A stretch of 28,497 nt of DNA from Armatimonadia bacterium (GCA_039683575.1 JBDKRC010000043.1:1-28497); one strand, 5' to 3'. Shown: positions 16,721 through 25,937, counted from the first letter of the stretch. Numbers and translations: made by a program. Notes: generated by a model not told the origin, from the sequence alone.

Positions 16721-16743
16721 CTAACGATCATCTACCTCAAAGC

Positions 16744-16774
16744 AAGCGGGCCGGTCAGGTTGACCGGCCCGCTT
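16744..16774 (+). terminator. Intrinsic terminator-like hairpin after the prepilin triplet
   Basis: Perfect 14-bp stem aagcgggccggtca / tgaccggcccgctt with a 3-nt loop, followed by ctctgtt. Lies between convergent genes. Confidence 0.7.
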
Positions 16775-16912
16775 CTCTGTTGGGGAGTGATTTGTCCGAC
16801 GCCGCATACCTCAATGGGTATCCGGAACTGGCAAAACTGGCTAAAATCGTTACATTGGTCAACTTCAGTTGAGAATCTGGCCCCCGTTTTTGCGCAGTTC
16901 ACCCCCCGTTTT

Positions 16913-19867
16913 TCACTGCTGCCGGCTCATGAAAATGGAAGAGCTGTCTACCAGACCAGTAGTCAGCAGTGTGATCCTGCCGGTACCTGCCCGGACCAGG
17001 TTCACCGGCAGCCGGACCGTCTGCCCGGCGGGCACTGTCAGGTCGAATTTGCCCGGCGCGGCGCTCCATCCGGGCGGCAGCTTGAGCTTTACATTACCAT
17101 CACGCAGGTTGTTTCGCCCGGAGTTGGTCACAATGATCTGTGCGGCCACAGACCCCTCTGCGGGGGCGTCAGGGGGCAAATCGAGGGTTGCCCGCACCCC
17201 TGAGGCGACCGCCGTGACCTCTGCCAGATAGTCCAGCGCCCGCTCCTGCAGGGTCTTGTCTGATCCCACCATGCGCCGCACTCGCAGCGCAATGGTGAGT
17301 TGGCTCAGCAGCGCCGGATCGGGAGCTTCCCGCTGGGCCGCCAGAGCTTCGAATCGCTGCGCAGCACGCTCCAGAGCCCCGTCAGTGCCCACCAGCTCGA
17401 TTTCCTTGATCCACAGCATCTTCTTCAGAGCCGGGTATTTCAGCCGCAGAAGTTGGTACTCGGTGCTCGGATTCAGCTCTACCAGAGGCGAAATTGTACC
17501 CGTTCCGGCGGCCGCAGCAACCTTGCCAAGTTCGATCCAGTTCCCCTCCCGGTCCCGTCCCTCAACTACCGCCTCAGGGGCCTCATAGGCCTCTGTGAAG
17601 CCATAGTGCACCCTCAGCCACTGCAGCCGGTGGCCGGAATTCAGGTCCAGATTGATCTCCAGCGGCTCCCCTGGCTGCCAGATCAGGCCCTGGTAGCTCC
17701 ACCACCCGTCGCTGAGGATGCGGCTGGCCTCCGCTCCCGCCGGGGTATCGCCCTGCAGCAGGCTCCCCGGCCGCGAGGGCTGGTAGGTTACCTCTTCATA
17801 GCTCAACTGCGCGGCCTGGCGGAGAGCCTCCGCCGCCGCCCGCAGGTCCGCCTCCAACCGCCGGGGGCGGGGCAGTACCGAGTAGGCGGTGGCCTCTCCC
17901 GCCGGCAGGTCCACGGAGAGCGCCAGACGGCCCTCAAGGACCTGTACGGCCACGGAGCGCCCCGTGAGCAGGTCGCGAACCTCGAGCTGGTCAGGCCTTG
18001 CGGGCAGGCCCAACTCCTCGTTCAGGACCACCCGGCAGCGCCGCCGGTCCGTGCCCGTATTGCGGAAGGCGAAGGCCAGATTCGAGTCGCTGACCCGCCC
18101 ATAGCGCTCCACCCGCACCAAGGCGTCGGAGCAGCGGGCATGGGTGACCGGCTCCCAGCCAGCCCCTGATAGCTGCTCTATTACAGGCACAAACTGGGTG
18201 TACAGGTCCCGGTACTGGTCCGCATCGGACAGCAGATGGGGGTAGATGGCATATACCAGCCCGCGGTTGAACATCTCCCTTACGGCCTGCGGGCGGGTAG
18301 CGTCGTAGGGCAGATAGGCCCAGTACCGCAGCACGCGGCGATTGGCGCACAGGCGGCTGTAGATGGCGCTGTCCTCGTCCCAGCCCCAACCCTTGTACTT
18401 GCATTCGATCAGCCCGATATCGAAAAACGGGATGTTCGCGCCATGGTTGGGCGTACCCCAGGTGAAGTTGCGCAGCATCAGGAACTTGTGCTCCGCCGCA
18501 AGGGGCTTGAGGACCTGGGTGTTGAACTCCCAGGCCTGATCGCTCAGCGCCACTTTTTTGGTGGCGGCGTCATAGGACAGCGGCACGTCAGTGACCGCCA
18601 GATGGTCCTCGCGGAAATTCATGTGGCGTCCCACGTACCCCGTCCCGTCGTTGCTGATGCACCACGTGTACGGGGCTCGCTTCGGGTTGTCGCGCTCCCA
18701 CGTCTCCAGCGCTTTCTCCAGGCTCTCCTTGAGCGTAGAAGACACTTCGGGGTCCTCATTGAGCTGAAAGTTGAGCCGCCACTGGCCCGGCTTGTCGCCC
18801 TGGGGCGGCGTGTATTTGCTGTCGCCGACCCACACGATTTTGCCGTTCGCGTCGGTGTACAGCTTGCTCAGGTGCAGCGTGGCCTTTCTCTCGTTGAGCA
18901 TCCGGTACACCGACTCATCATCCGGATGTTTCTCGTTTGGCCAGTCGAAGTCCAGGGACCCGTAGGTCGTATGCTGGTGCCAGATCCAGCGGAAGCCGCG
19001 TCCGAAGTCGCCGGGGGACTGCAGGCCATAGAAGGCCCTGGAGCCACGGAATGAGTTCTGGGTCTCGAGATCGGCATAGCCCAGATAGCCCTCGTAGGGC
19101 ACGCGCTTTTCGAAGTCCTTGGGGAAGAGCTTGTAATACTTGTCGGCGGCGGCGCGCAGGCCCCAGTTGCCGTCATGGCGGTAGAGCAGGAAGGAGCACC
19201 AGGCCTGGCCGGGGAGCTTCCTGGCCTTCGCGGAGAGCCCGAAGTGGAAGCGGATCAGCAGGCAACCGCGCGTGTTGTCGTACTCGATGGTGTAGACCCG
19301 TGGCCCCTGAGCGAGGCCAACGCCCAGCGTCAGGCCAATCCCGCCGCGCGAGAGGGAAGTGAAGGGGTAGATCTGGGTTTGGCCGGCGCCTGCTTCAGAC
19401 TTGCAGGTGTGGGAGTAGGAGATGGGATCCGCGATCCTGCGGCTCTTGACGAGGTCGTCAGCCCAGGTGCAATCAAGCGCGGACAGGGGTATCTCGTAGC
19501 CCAGTTCGATGGCGCGGTCGCGGCCGGTGGTGTCCTGCACTTTGGCCGAGAAGGAGAGGTACTGCCCGCTGCTGGCACAGGCGGTGTCGAGGGTGAGACC
19601 GAGGGCTTCGACGGGGCCTGACTGGGAGAGCACGCCGTTCCTGGTCTGCGCCGCCGCCCGCAGCACCTCTCGCTGGCCGGTGGCGACGTCCAGTACATAG
19701 AAGCCGCCGCCTGGCTTCACATCGAGCTTGGTTTCGCCAACCGCCATTCCGACGACCTGGCCCTGGTCGCCGAGGGTCAGAACCAGCCCGTCGTCAGTCC
19801 GCAGTGCCGCGGCCCAGAGGGGGGCTGCGGCTATCACAAGCCAGATCCACAAGCTGCGAGTAGCCAT
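16913..19867 (-). CDS. Large secreted multidomain protein, putative carbohydrate-active enzyme with discoidin-like and C-terminal NEW3-like domains
   Basis: Signal peptide MATRSLWIWLVIAAAPLWAAA; aromatic-rich core; C-terminal VTNSG...VKLKLPPGWSAAP resembles NEW3. Enzyme family not recognised. Confidence 0.65.
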   Translation of the reverse strand: MATRSLWIWLVIAAAPLWAAALRTDDGLVLTLGDQGQVVGMAVGETKLDVKPGGGFYVLDVATGQREVLRAAAQTRNGVLSQSGPVEALGLTLDTACASSGQYLSFSAKVQDTTGRDRAIELGYEIPLSALDCTWADDLVKSRRIADPISYSHTCKSEAGAGQTQIYPFTSLSRGGIGLTLGVGLAQGPRVYTIEYDNTRGCLLIRFHFGLSAKARKLPGQAWCSFLLYRHDGNWGLRAAADKYYKLFPKDFEKRVPYEGYLGYADLETQNSFRGSRAFYGLQSPGDFGRGFRWIWHQHTTYGSLDFDWPNEKHPDDESVYRMLNERKATLHLSKLYTDANGKIVWVGDSKYTPPQGDKPGQWRLNFQLNEDPEVSSTLKESLEKALETWERDNPKRAPYTWCISNDGTGYVGRHMNFREDHLAVTDVPLSYDAATKKVALSDQAWEFNTQVLKPLAAEHKFLMLRNFTWGTPNHGANIPFFDIGLIECKYKGWGWDEDSAIYSRLCANRRVLRYWAYLPYDATRPQAVREMFNRGLVYAIYPHLLSDADQYRDLYTQFVPVIEQLSGAGWEPVTHARCSDALVRVERYGRVSDSNLAFAFRNTGTDRRRCRVVLNEELGLPARPDQLEVRDLLTGRSVAVQVLEGRLALSVDLPAGEATAYSVLPRPRRLEADLRAAAEALRQAAQLSYEEVTYQPSRPGSLLQGDTPAGAEASRILSDGWWSYQGLIWQPGEPLEINLDLNSGHRLQWLRVHYGFTEAYEAPEAVVEGRDREGNWIELGKVAAAAGTGTISPLVELNPSTEYQLLRLKYPALKKMLWIKEIELVGTDGALERAAQRFEALAAQREAPDPALLSQLTIALRVRRMVGSDKTLQERALDYLAEVTAVASGVRATLDLPPDAPAEGSVAAQIIVTNSGRNNLRDGNVKLKLPPGWSAAPGKFDLTVPAGQTVRLPVNLVRAGTGRITLLTTGLVDSSSIFMSRQQ

Positions 19868-19912
19868 TTACATTGCTCCGTAGAGTTGGATGAGGGAGCC
19901 GTTGGTGGTGCC

Positions 19913-20121
19913 GTACGCCATCAAACCGGCGTCGGTGCTGATCTTACTACCCGCGAAATCCAGCCGCACCTGAGGGTCGAACTGCACCCGCAACGGCTCG
20001 TCTTTACGTTCACCCATTGGGTGCCTCCGGCGAGACTGACGCCAACGCTGCTGTGACGCTCACAGAGCCAGTTTCTTGCCATTGAAGCGCAGGACCTCCC
20101 CGCTGATATGGGCAATCCGGG
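19913..20121 (-). mobile_element. IS1380-family remnant: left inverted repeat plus the first 35 transposase codons
   Basis: Minus strand cccggattgcccatat (20121-20106) next to tata; GGAGG RBS; ATG 20017 gives MGERKDEPLRVQFDPQVRLDFAGSKISTDAGLMAY, then unrelated sequence to TAA at 19868. Not in the ORF track. Confidence 0.8.
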
Positions 20122-20125
20122 TATA

Positions 20126-20409
20126 GGCGTCTGTCGCAATCCGCACCGGCCGCTTAACCGCCCCGCACGGTTCACTCGCTGTCGCGCAAACTGCTGAGGC
20201 CGGCATCCCGGCCCGCCGGTGGCCACACGCCCCAGGCGGAGGCGGTCTGGCCGCTGCCCTCCTCGAAGCCCGCGTTCGTCAGCAGTTGTGGTGTACTCCC
20301 CCGCCCTGCGCGCGTGCGGGAGGAGCCAGTATCCACAGTGCGGCGAGCAGTGCTGCGGTAGGGCGAAGCAGTTGAGCGAGGGTGCGGCCACAGTCCCTCA
20401 CCTTGCCAT
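20126..20409 (-). pseudogene. Frameshifted 5' fragment of a secreted carbohydrate-binding-domain protein
   Basis: Signal-like LLRPTAALLAALWILAPPARAQ in one frame and QLLTNAGFEEG...AWGVWP (CBM-like NxGFEEG start) in another; stops follow; ends at the IS1380 end. Confidence 0.6.
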
Positions 20410-20511
20410 GCCCTTCTCCCTCGCAGCGCCATTTACTGCCTGTGCTTGCCGGGCGTCGTGCATATTCCTCTACACTCTCGCCAACCATCCTGTCAGGAGT
20501 CACCCGGAGCC

Positions 20512-20640
20512 ATGACCCGCCACGATAACCTCCCCTACTCATCCCACCACCAGGACCGGCGGTTGATGGACGTGTATCTTCCTGACGCGCAAAACGGCGC
20601 CGGCATCTTTTTGGTGCATGGCGGTGGGTGGAAGGGCGGG
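20512..20640 (+). pseudogene. Truncated alpha/beta-hydrolase (HGGGW esterase) N-terminus
   Basis: MTRHDNLPYSSHHQDRRLMDVYLPDAQNGAGIFLVHGGGWKGG, then runs into the antisense of the next gene; no GxSxG. Confidence 0.75.
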
Positions 20641-20647
20641 ACCGAGT

Positions 20648-23548
20648 TCACCGCTGCAGCTTCAGGATCATCTCCCGCACCCTCGCCCGCTGAGCGTCCG
20701 CCTGGCGGATATCCTTGCAGACTATCTCGACAGCCTCGCCGCGCAGGCGGATGGCTTCGTCACAGAGGGCGTCTGCCTTGCCCAGCCGCTTGGCGCGCGC
20801 CACGATGGCCGCGTCCATCGCCTCGAGGTACTTGTAGTCATCCACGCCCGCGCCCCAGCACTCCCAGTCGTTCGTCGTAATGGGCCCGGCGGGGCCTTCA
20901 TAGACCACGGCGCCGTCGCCGTCGCGCGACTGGGCATCTTCGTCATTCCACGAGTCCCCGAGCCAGGCCAGCCACGTCCAGAAGCCCATGCCCGAGGCTC
21001 CCAGGCGCGCAACCTGCCAGCCGAACGCCCGGTAGTACCCGTCCGGGCGGACGGCGGGGCGGTTCTTGGTCGAATAGGCGGCGCAGCGGTAAAAGCCAAA
21101 GGGCTTGCCGCTGGCCTGCAGGTACTTAAGTGGCTCTGAGCCGACCGGCAGATAGCCATCGGAGGGCCACCAGATGGCGACGGACTTCTCCATGGACTTC
21201 CAGAAGTCCACCGTGCTCAGGTTCTTATCTTCCGGCCGCATCGGGTCTGCCCAGATCTGGATCTGCGGGTCAGTCCTGCCGATCAGGCCAGCCACATGGT
21301 TGATCAGGTTAGCATTGTTGGCATTGTGTGGCTCGTCGAAGGGGTAGATGGCCCACTCCTTGTAAGTCAGCCCCTGAGCGCGCATGAAGTCCGCATAGGC
21401 TTCCAGTACCTTGCAGTACGCCGCGTCCCAGCCCGGGGAGAAGATCGGGTTCTCCGGCCCGGCGATGACATCGCTGTCGGGGTAGTAGCAGCCTTGCCCG
21501 AGAACCTGGGTGAAGATGAACAGACGGAAGCCATGTTGCCGGGCGTAGCTTACGAGGGGACCCAGCCGTGCCGCGTCAATCTGCTGGCCATTCACCTGGT
21601 ACTGCGGCAGTCCCATCGTGGCGGAGATGAACATGACGTTGACGCCATGGGCTTCCAGATCGTCCACGTAGGCGCGCCAGTGGTCGCGGAAGTGCTGCTC
21701 ATAGTACTCGTTCCACTGCGCCCTGGTCTTGCGCTCAGGTGTGAGTTGCTGTCCGGGCTGGAGGCTGAGAAGGTTGCCGTGCATGTGCCCGCTGATTGCA
21801 TAGTCCCATACGCAGGTGAGCTTCTGATGGCGATTGGCGGGCGCGAGCCTGATCGGCGACACATCCAGCGTGACCTTGAGGTTGTGCAGCGGGCCACTTG
21901 GGCCCTGCAGGACAAGATTCCCGGCATACGTGCCGGGCGTGGCGCCGGTGCAGTCGGCAGTGAGCCAGACCTCCTGTTGTGCGGCCGGCTCGAGGGAGAA
22001 GTGGGTGCCCGGCACAAGCGGATGCGGCTCCTCAATCTTGGTGATGTTCGACCGGACGTATCGCGTCAGCAGCAGCTTGAGGCGGTCGGCGGGGAAGACG
22101 CCCGCCGCTCCGGACAGTGGCGACAGTTGCAGGCTGACCTCGACGGGTGCGAAGCCCATTGAGGCGGTGACGACGAAGCGCGTACGGGCGATCTGATTGA
22201 CGGCGGAGGGCAGGGCCAACTCGCTGAGCAGCCCCGGAGGCCTCGGCGTCCAGGGGTAAACGAGATCGCCAAGGACCGACTCCGGCTGCCACACTGCGAC
22301 TTTACCGCCCTCTGCGGCCCGGTTGAGCCGGACGCTGGCGCGGATCAACTCCTCGGCGCGCGTCAGCCCCTCCATGTCCGTGCCGGCCACCAGCAGCAGG
22401 CGCTTGCCGCCGCGGGTAGCTTCGGCCGGGGCGGCACGGATGACTGCTTTGTGCGGCTGGCCGGCGTACTGCTTGAGGACATCGCGAACGCCCAGGAGGG
22501 TGTTGCCCAGGGGGTTCTCGCAGCGGTCGGCGAACAGCCGGCCCACCGCGATGAGGTCGTAGTGGCGGCCGAGGCCGTCGCGCATGGCGGCGCGGTCGGA
22601 GACCAGCGGACAACTCAAGGCCTGGGCCAGGCGCCGCGCGTGCTGATAGACGTCGGGCGCCGTGACGGGGGCGACGACGGCACAGGTTGGCGTCGCCAGG
22701 CCATCCCGGAGCTGGCTGATCTCCCAGCCGACGGCATCCACATCCTGGGCAGGAGTGCTGGAGTGCGGGAGGTTGAGGCCGTTGGTCACCGGGGCTGCCT
22801 GCCGCACCGGCTCCCACAGCACGGTAGCTGCCTGCGCGGGCCGCCCGAGCAGGAAGTTGAGGGCGTTGGCGATGATGATGGGGGCCTCCGGCAGTCGCCA
22901 GAGAAAGCCGGAGAAATAGACAGTCGTGGGCGACACCAGCAGAGCGCCGCTGGCCGGGGCGGTCGCGGTCTGCTCATCGGCGGACCATGAGGCGATCACC
23001 GCTGTGCCCGGCAGGGGCTTCATCCGCACCGCGTGGCCGTGTGGGTTGAAGACGTACAGGGGCAATAGTGAAAGCAGCGGGTGGTCGGCCTTCTCGGCTC
23101 TCATGTAGCGGGCGCCGGGAACGGTGGCGGCGCTCTCCATGCCCATGGTCTGCGCCAGCAGCCCCTTCCCGGGCTCGCCGGGGCCGTTGGCGGTCCAGGG
23201 CGTGTTGAGGCTCGCATAGACAGCAAAGATGCGCCCGCCCTGTTTGACGAAGTCCGCTATGGCCGCGGCCTCTTGCGGGCTCATGACACTGGTGTACGAG
23301 AGGATAAGGACCTTGTAGCCCCGCTCTGTGAGGACACCGGCCTCGACTGCCTCGCTGTCCACCCGGTCCCACGCGAAGCCCGCCGCCTTGATCTGAGCGC
23401 CGGCCCCGTTATACTGTCCTGAATACTCGCCGGGCATGTAGGCGAACTGCTTGTCCTGGTAGGTGCTATAGAGGAAGGCAATCTCGGCGGCCCCGCATGG
23501 GCCAGCGAGCGCGGCGATGAGCAAGATGCACAGCCACAATCGAGACAT
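20648..23548 (-). CDS. Secreted multidomain putative glycoside hydrolase (GATase-like trimerisation domain plus GH123/DUF4091-like C-terminal region)
   Basis: AGGAGG RBS with MSRLWLCILLIAALAGPCGA signal; YKVLIL...IADFVKQGGRI; IYPFDEP; GFWTW; GDGAVVYEG...WECWGAGVDDYKYL. Confidence 0.72.
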   Translation of the reverse strand: MSRLWLCILLIAALAGPCGAAEIAFLYSTYQDKQFAYMPGEYSGQYNGAGAQIKAAGFAWDRVDSEAVEAGVLTERGYKVLILSYTSVMSPQEAAAIADFVKQGGRIFAVYASLNTPWTANGPGEPGKGLLAQTMGMESAATVPGARYMRAEKADHPLLSLLPLYVFNPHGHAVRMKPLPGTAVIASWSADEQTATAPASGALLVSPTTVYFSGFLWRLPEAPIIIANALNFLLGRPAQAATVLWEPVRQAAPVTNGLNLPHSSTPAQDVDAVGWEISQLRDGLATPTCAVVAPVTAPDVYQHARRLAQALSCPLVSDRAAMRDGLGRHYDLIAVGRLFADRCENPLGNTLLGVRDVLKQYAGQPHKAVIRAAPAEATRGGKRLLLVAGTDMEGLTRAEELIRASVRLNRAAEGGKVAVWQPESVLGDLVYPWTPRPPGLLSELALPSAVNQIARTRFVVTASMGFAPVEVSLQLSPLSGAAGVFPADRLKLLLTRYVRSNITKIEEPHPLVPGTHFSLEPAAQQEVWLTADCTGATPGTYAGNLVLQGPSGPLHNLKVTLDVSPIRLAPANRHQKLTCVWDYAISGHMHGNLLSLQPGQQLTPERKTRAQWNEYYEQHFRDHWRAYVDDLEAHGVNVMFISATMGLPQYQVNGQQIDAARLGPLVSYARQHGFRLFIFTQVLGQGCYYPDSDVIAGPENPIFSPGWDAAYCKVLEAYADFMRAQGLTYKEWAIYPFDEPHNANNANLINHVAGLIGRTDPQIQIWADPMRPEDKNLSTVDFWKSMEKSVAIWWPSDGYLPVGSEPLKYLQASGKPFGFYRCAAYSTKNRPAVRPDGYYRAFGWQVARLGASGMGFWTWLAWLGDSWNDEDAQSRDGDGAVVYEGPAGPITTNDWECWGAGVDDYKYLEAMDAAIVARAKRLGKADALCDEAIRLRGEAVEIVCKDIRQADAQRARVREMILKLQR

Positions 23549-23723
23549 GTGAGCAGCCTCCTGCGAAGTCGTCCGGCGTGAGGTTCGTCGTGACATTGAC
23601 TATCCCTCTGGGGGATTGTGTTCGGGCCCGGCCCATACTCCAGCGAGGGGCAATCGCCAAGGCACGGTTCGTATGGGGCGGGCACCACAACATGCAGGCG
23701 GTCACCCGACCTGCGTTGGCATT

Positions 23724-24365
23724 CTACAGACCACTAAAGATGCGCCCTCCGTAGACAGTGCCGTACGTGCAGGTGCCGAGTTTGGCGTACTCGCCCTCCA
23801 GGTAGCCCCGACCGTACCACTTCGCGTGGCCGTCCACCATCGCGACATTCATCCCATCGTTGTGCCGATCCACGCCCCAGACGCCGTAGGAGCCTCCGCC
23901 CCCGGTGAGGCTGAAGCAGGCCCCCCATCCAAGACCGCGTGACTCCGCGAGACATGACGTTTCGGCCGGGTACTGGAGTGCTCCGATGGGGACCGCACCA
24001 CCGTAGAGGTTGGTGGCAGCGCGGGTGTACATGTGGTAGTAGCCCCAGTTCATGTGTGGCGCGTAGCCGTAGGCATTGGTGCGGTCACTTGGGCAGGCGA
24101 AGATCTGAGTGTTCTTGACGTACGGCACCAGAGCATTGTGCCACCACGAGGTGGACGGACCGTATAGGCATAGGGGGCTCAGTTCGTCGTAGTCTTGAGT
24201 GTAGGTGATGAAGCCCAGACACAGTTGCCGCAGGTTGGAAAGACATGAGGCCTGACGCGCCTTCTCACGCGCCTTGGCAAATACCGGGAAGAGGATTGCG
24301 GCCAGGATCGCTATGATCGCGATCACCACTAGCAGCTCGATAAGGGTGAATCCAGTCCTTCTCAT
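23724..24365 (-). CDS. Prepilin-type DUF1559 / H-X9-DG protein
   Basis: [45 protein letters not shown]. Confidence 0.93.
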   Translation of the reverse strand: MRRTGFTLIELLVVIAIIAILAAILFPVFAKAREKARQASCLSNLRQLCLGFITYTQDYDELSPLCLYGPSTSWWHNALVPYVKNTQIFACPSDRTNAYGYAPHMNWGYYHMYTRAATNLYGGAVPIGALQYPAETSCLAESRGLGWGACFSLTGGGGSYGVWGVDRHNDGMNVAMVDGHAKWYGRGYLEGEYAKLGTCTYGTVYGGRIFSGL

Positions 24366-24463
24366 CTGACTCGTCTCCCTTCGTCACATCATATTCGTTT
24401 GGCATGTATGGCTTCGGTTGCGTCACTCGACCCGGACAGGAAAGCTGTTTCACCTCCATGTGG

Positions 24464-24477
24464 TGTTAGCGCTAACA
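24464..24477. promoter_or_regulatory. LacI-family operator (primary)
   Basis: Perfect palindrome TGTTAGCGCTAACA with central CG, just downstream of the minus-strand promoter and next to a LacI gene. Confidence 0.85.
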
Positions 24478-24491
24478 TCTGCAGTCCGAGG

Positions 24492-24521
24492 ATTATGTAC
24501 CCTACATCGGGGCCGTGTCAA
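24492..24521 (-). promoter_or_regulatory. Sigma70-type promoter for the prepilin-GH operon
   Basis: TTGACA (24521-24516), N18, CATAAT (24497-24492). Confidence 0.7.
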
Positions 24522-24650
24522 GAGGCGATGTGAGTCCGTGTCGGAGACGGCTGTGGGGCTAAATGGACCGCTTATAGGCGCTTCACGGACGAACGTCCTC
24601 TGCAACACGTCGTGCCAATCACGGAGCCTGCTCCCATGTGCCTACCTCTA

Positions 24651-24689
24651 TTGACTGGACTGCCTCGCTATTGTACGATAGCGATAACA
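24651..24689 (+). promoter_or_regulatory. Sigma70-type promoter toward lacI with an overlapping secondary operator
   Basis: TTGACT (24651-24656), N17, TACGAT (24674-24679). CGATAGCGATAACA (24676-24689) matches the primary operator at 11/14. Confidence 0.6.
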
Positions 24690-24910
24690 ACCCGGTATCC
24701 GCCCTGAAGTGAGGTTGGCCTGGGCGTCAGCATGTCCCCCAGGGTACCGATACCGATGGTTCGCATGTGGCCGAGAAGTCTGGTGTCCTTGCGGGTCGGC
24801 GATGTGGTACACTCCATTCACGGCGCGGATTCCCGACTGAGTTGCGGAGAGCTTCCGGCCAGCGCCCCTCGGGCTGCTGAGGTTAGATTTGTAACTAGAG
24901 GGGTAGTCTA

Positions 24911-25918
24911 TTGCCAAAGATGCACGACGTAGCAGATGCTGCGGGCGTTTCCTTGATGACAGTATCACGTGTCTTCCATCGGCCCTCGCAAGTCAACGCT
25001 GAGACCCGTGACCGCATCTTGGAGGTCGCCCGGCAACTGGGGTACAGGCCGAACAGGATTGCCAGGAGCATGGTGACAGGGCGCACCATGACCATCGGGG
25101 TCATGGCCGAGACTTGGTTCGCCCAGCTTCTCACCTATGTCGACCTCGCTGCTTCCGAGCACGGTTACTCCGTCATCTACGCTCAGGTTCAGGAGGAGTC
25201 CCGGGAGGAGCAGATGAGGCGGATTGAGGGCTTCCTGGAGCAGCAGGTAGATGGCGTGATCAGTGCCTCGACCAGTATCGCAACCATTGACCATTCCGCC
25301 CTTCACGTGCTGTGCGATCAGGGCGTGCCTCTCGTCACATTCAACCGCTACGGCGACGAGCTACCGTGCAGCAAGGTCTTTGCCGACAACTGCCGGGGCG
25401 GGCGTGAAGCGGTGCAGCACCTTGCCGACCGCGGTCATGAGCGCATCGCCTTTGTCGGGGGCAGCCCTGACCACCCACAGCGAGCCGTGCAGGAACAGAT
25501 CGCGGGCTACTATCACGCGATGGCGGCGAAGGGACTTAGCGTGGACGGCCTGCAGTGGTTCGGTGATGTGGCTGTCGAGGGGGGCGAGGAACTCGGCGTC
25601 CAGTGCCTGCGAAGCCCGGCGCGTCCCACTGCAGTCGTGGCCGTGAATGACGAGGTAGCGGCCGGGGTGCTGCGCGCCGCATACGGGCTCGGGCTGAGTG
25701 TCCCGAATGACCTGAGCGTCATCGGGTTCGACAACACGGCGGTTGCCCGGTGTGCCACGCCCGCGCTCACCTCCGTCAACTACCCCTATGAGGCGGCCGC
25801 GCGCGAGGCGGTTCGGCTGCTGCTCGGGCATATCGCCTCCGAATCCATGGTGACAACGACCGTCTTCCTACACCGAGCCTTAGCCGAGCGTAAGTCATGC
25901 GCCGATCATCCGTCCTGA
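24911..25918 (+). CDS. LacI-family transcriptional regulator
   Basis: HTH KMHDVADAAGVSLMTVSRV, LGYRPNRIARSM hinge, GHERIAFV, VPNDLSVIGFDN, PALTSV; TTG start after GAGGGG (alternative ATG 24920). Confidence 0.95.
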   Translation: MPKMHDVADAAGVSLMTVSRVFHRPSQVNAETRDRILEVARQLGYRPNRIARSMVTGRTMTIGVMAETWFAQLLTYVDLAASEHGYSVIYAQVQEESREEQMRRIEGFLEQQVDGVISASTSIATIDHSALHVLCDQGVPLVTFNRYGDELPCSKVFADNCRGGREAVQHLADRGHERIAFVGGSPDHPQRAVQEQIAGYYHAMAAKGLSVDGLQWFGDVAVEGGEELGVQCLRSPARPTAVVAVNDEVAAGVLRAAYGLGLSVPNDLSVIGFDNTAVARCATPALTSVNYPYEAAAREAVRLLLGHIASESMVTTTVFLHRALAERKSCADHPS

Positions 25919-25937
25919 CCCCTTCGGGCAGGTCAGG
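25914..25937. terminator. Hairpin at the lacI 3' end / SDR breakpoint
   Basis: cctgacc-cc-ttcg-gg-ca-ggtcagg; no U-tract. Confidence 0.3.

Noticed and set aside
16716-16725. gttagctaac as another LacI operator
   Set aside because: It lacks the central CG of TGTTAGCGCTAACA and overlaps a stop codon, not a promoter.
16813-16825. aatgggtatccgg as the partner IR of the IS1380 remnant
   Set aside because: It has the same orientation as 20106-20121 rather than inverted, and needs an indel to align.
24732-24932. 66-aa ORF in the lacI leader
   Set aside because: No RBS or recognisable motif, and it overlaps the lacI start in another frame.
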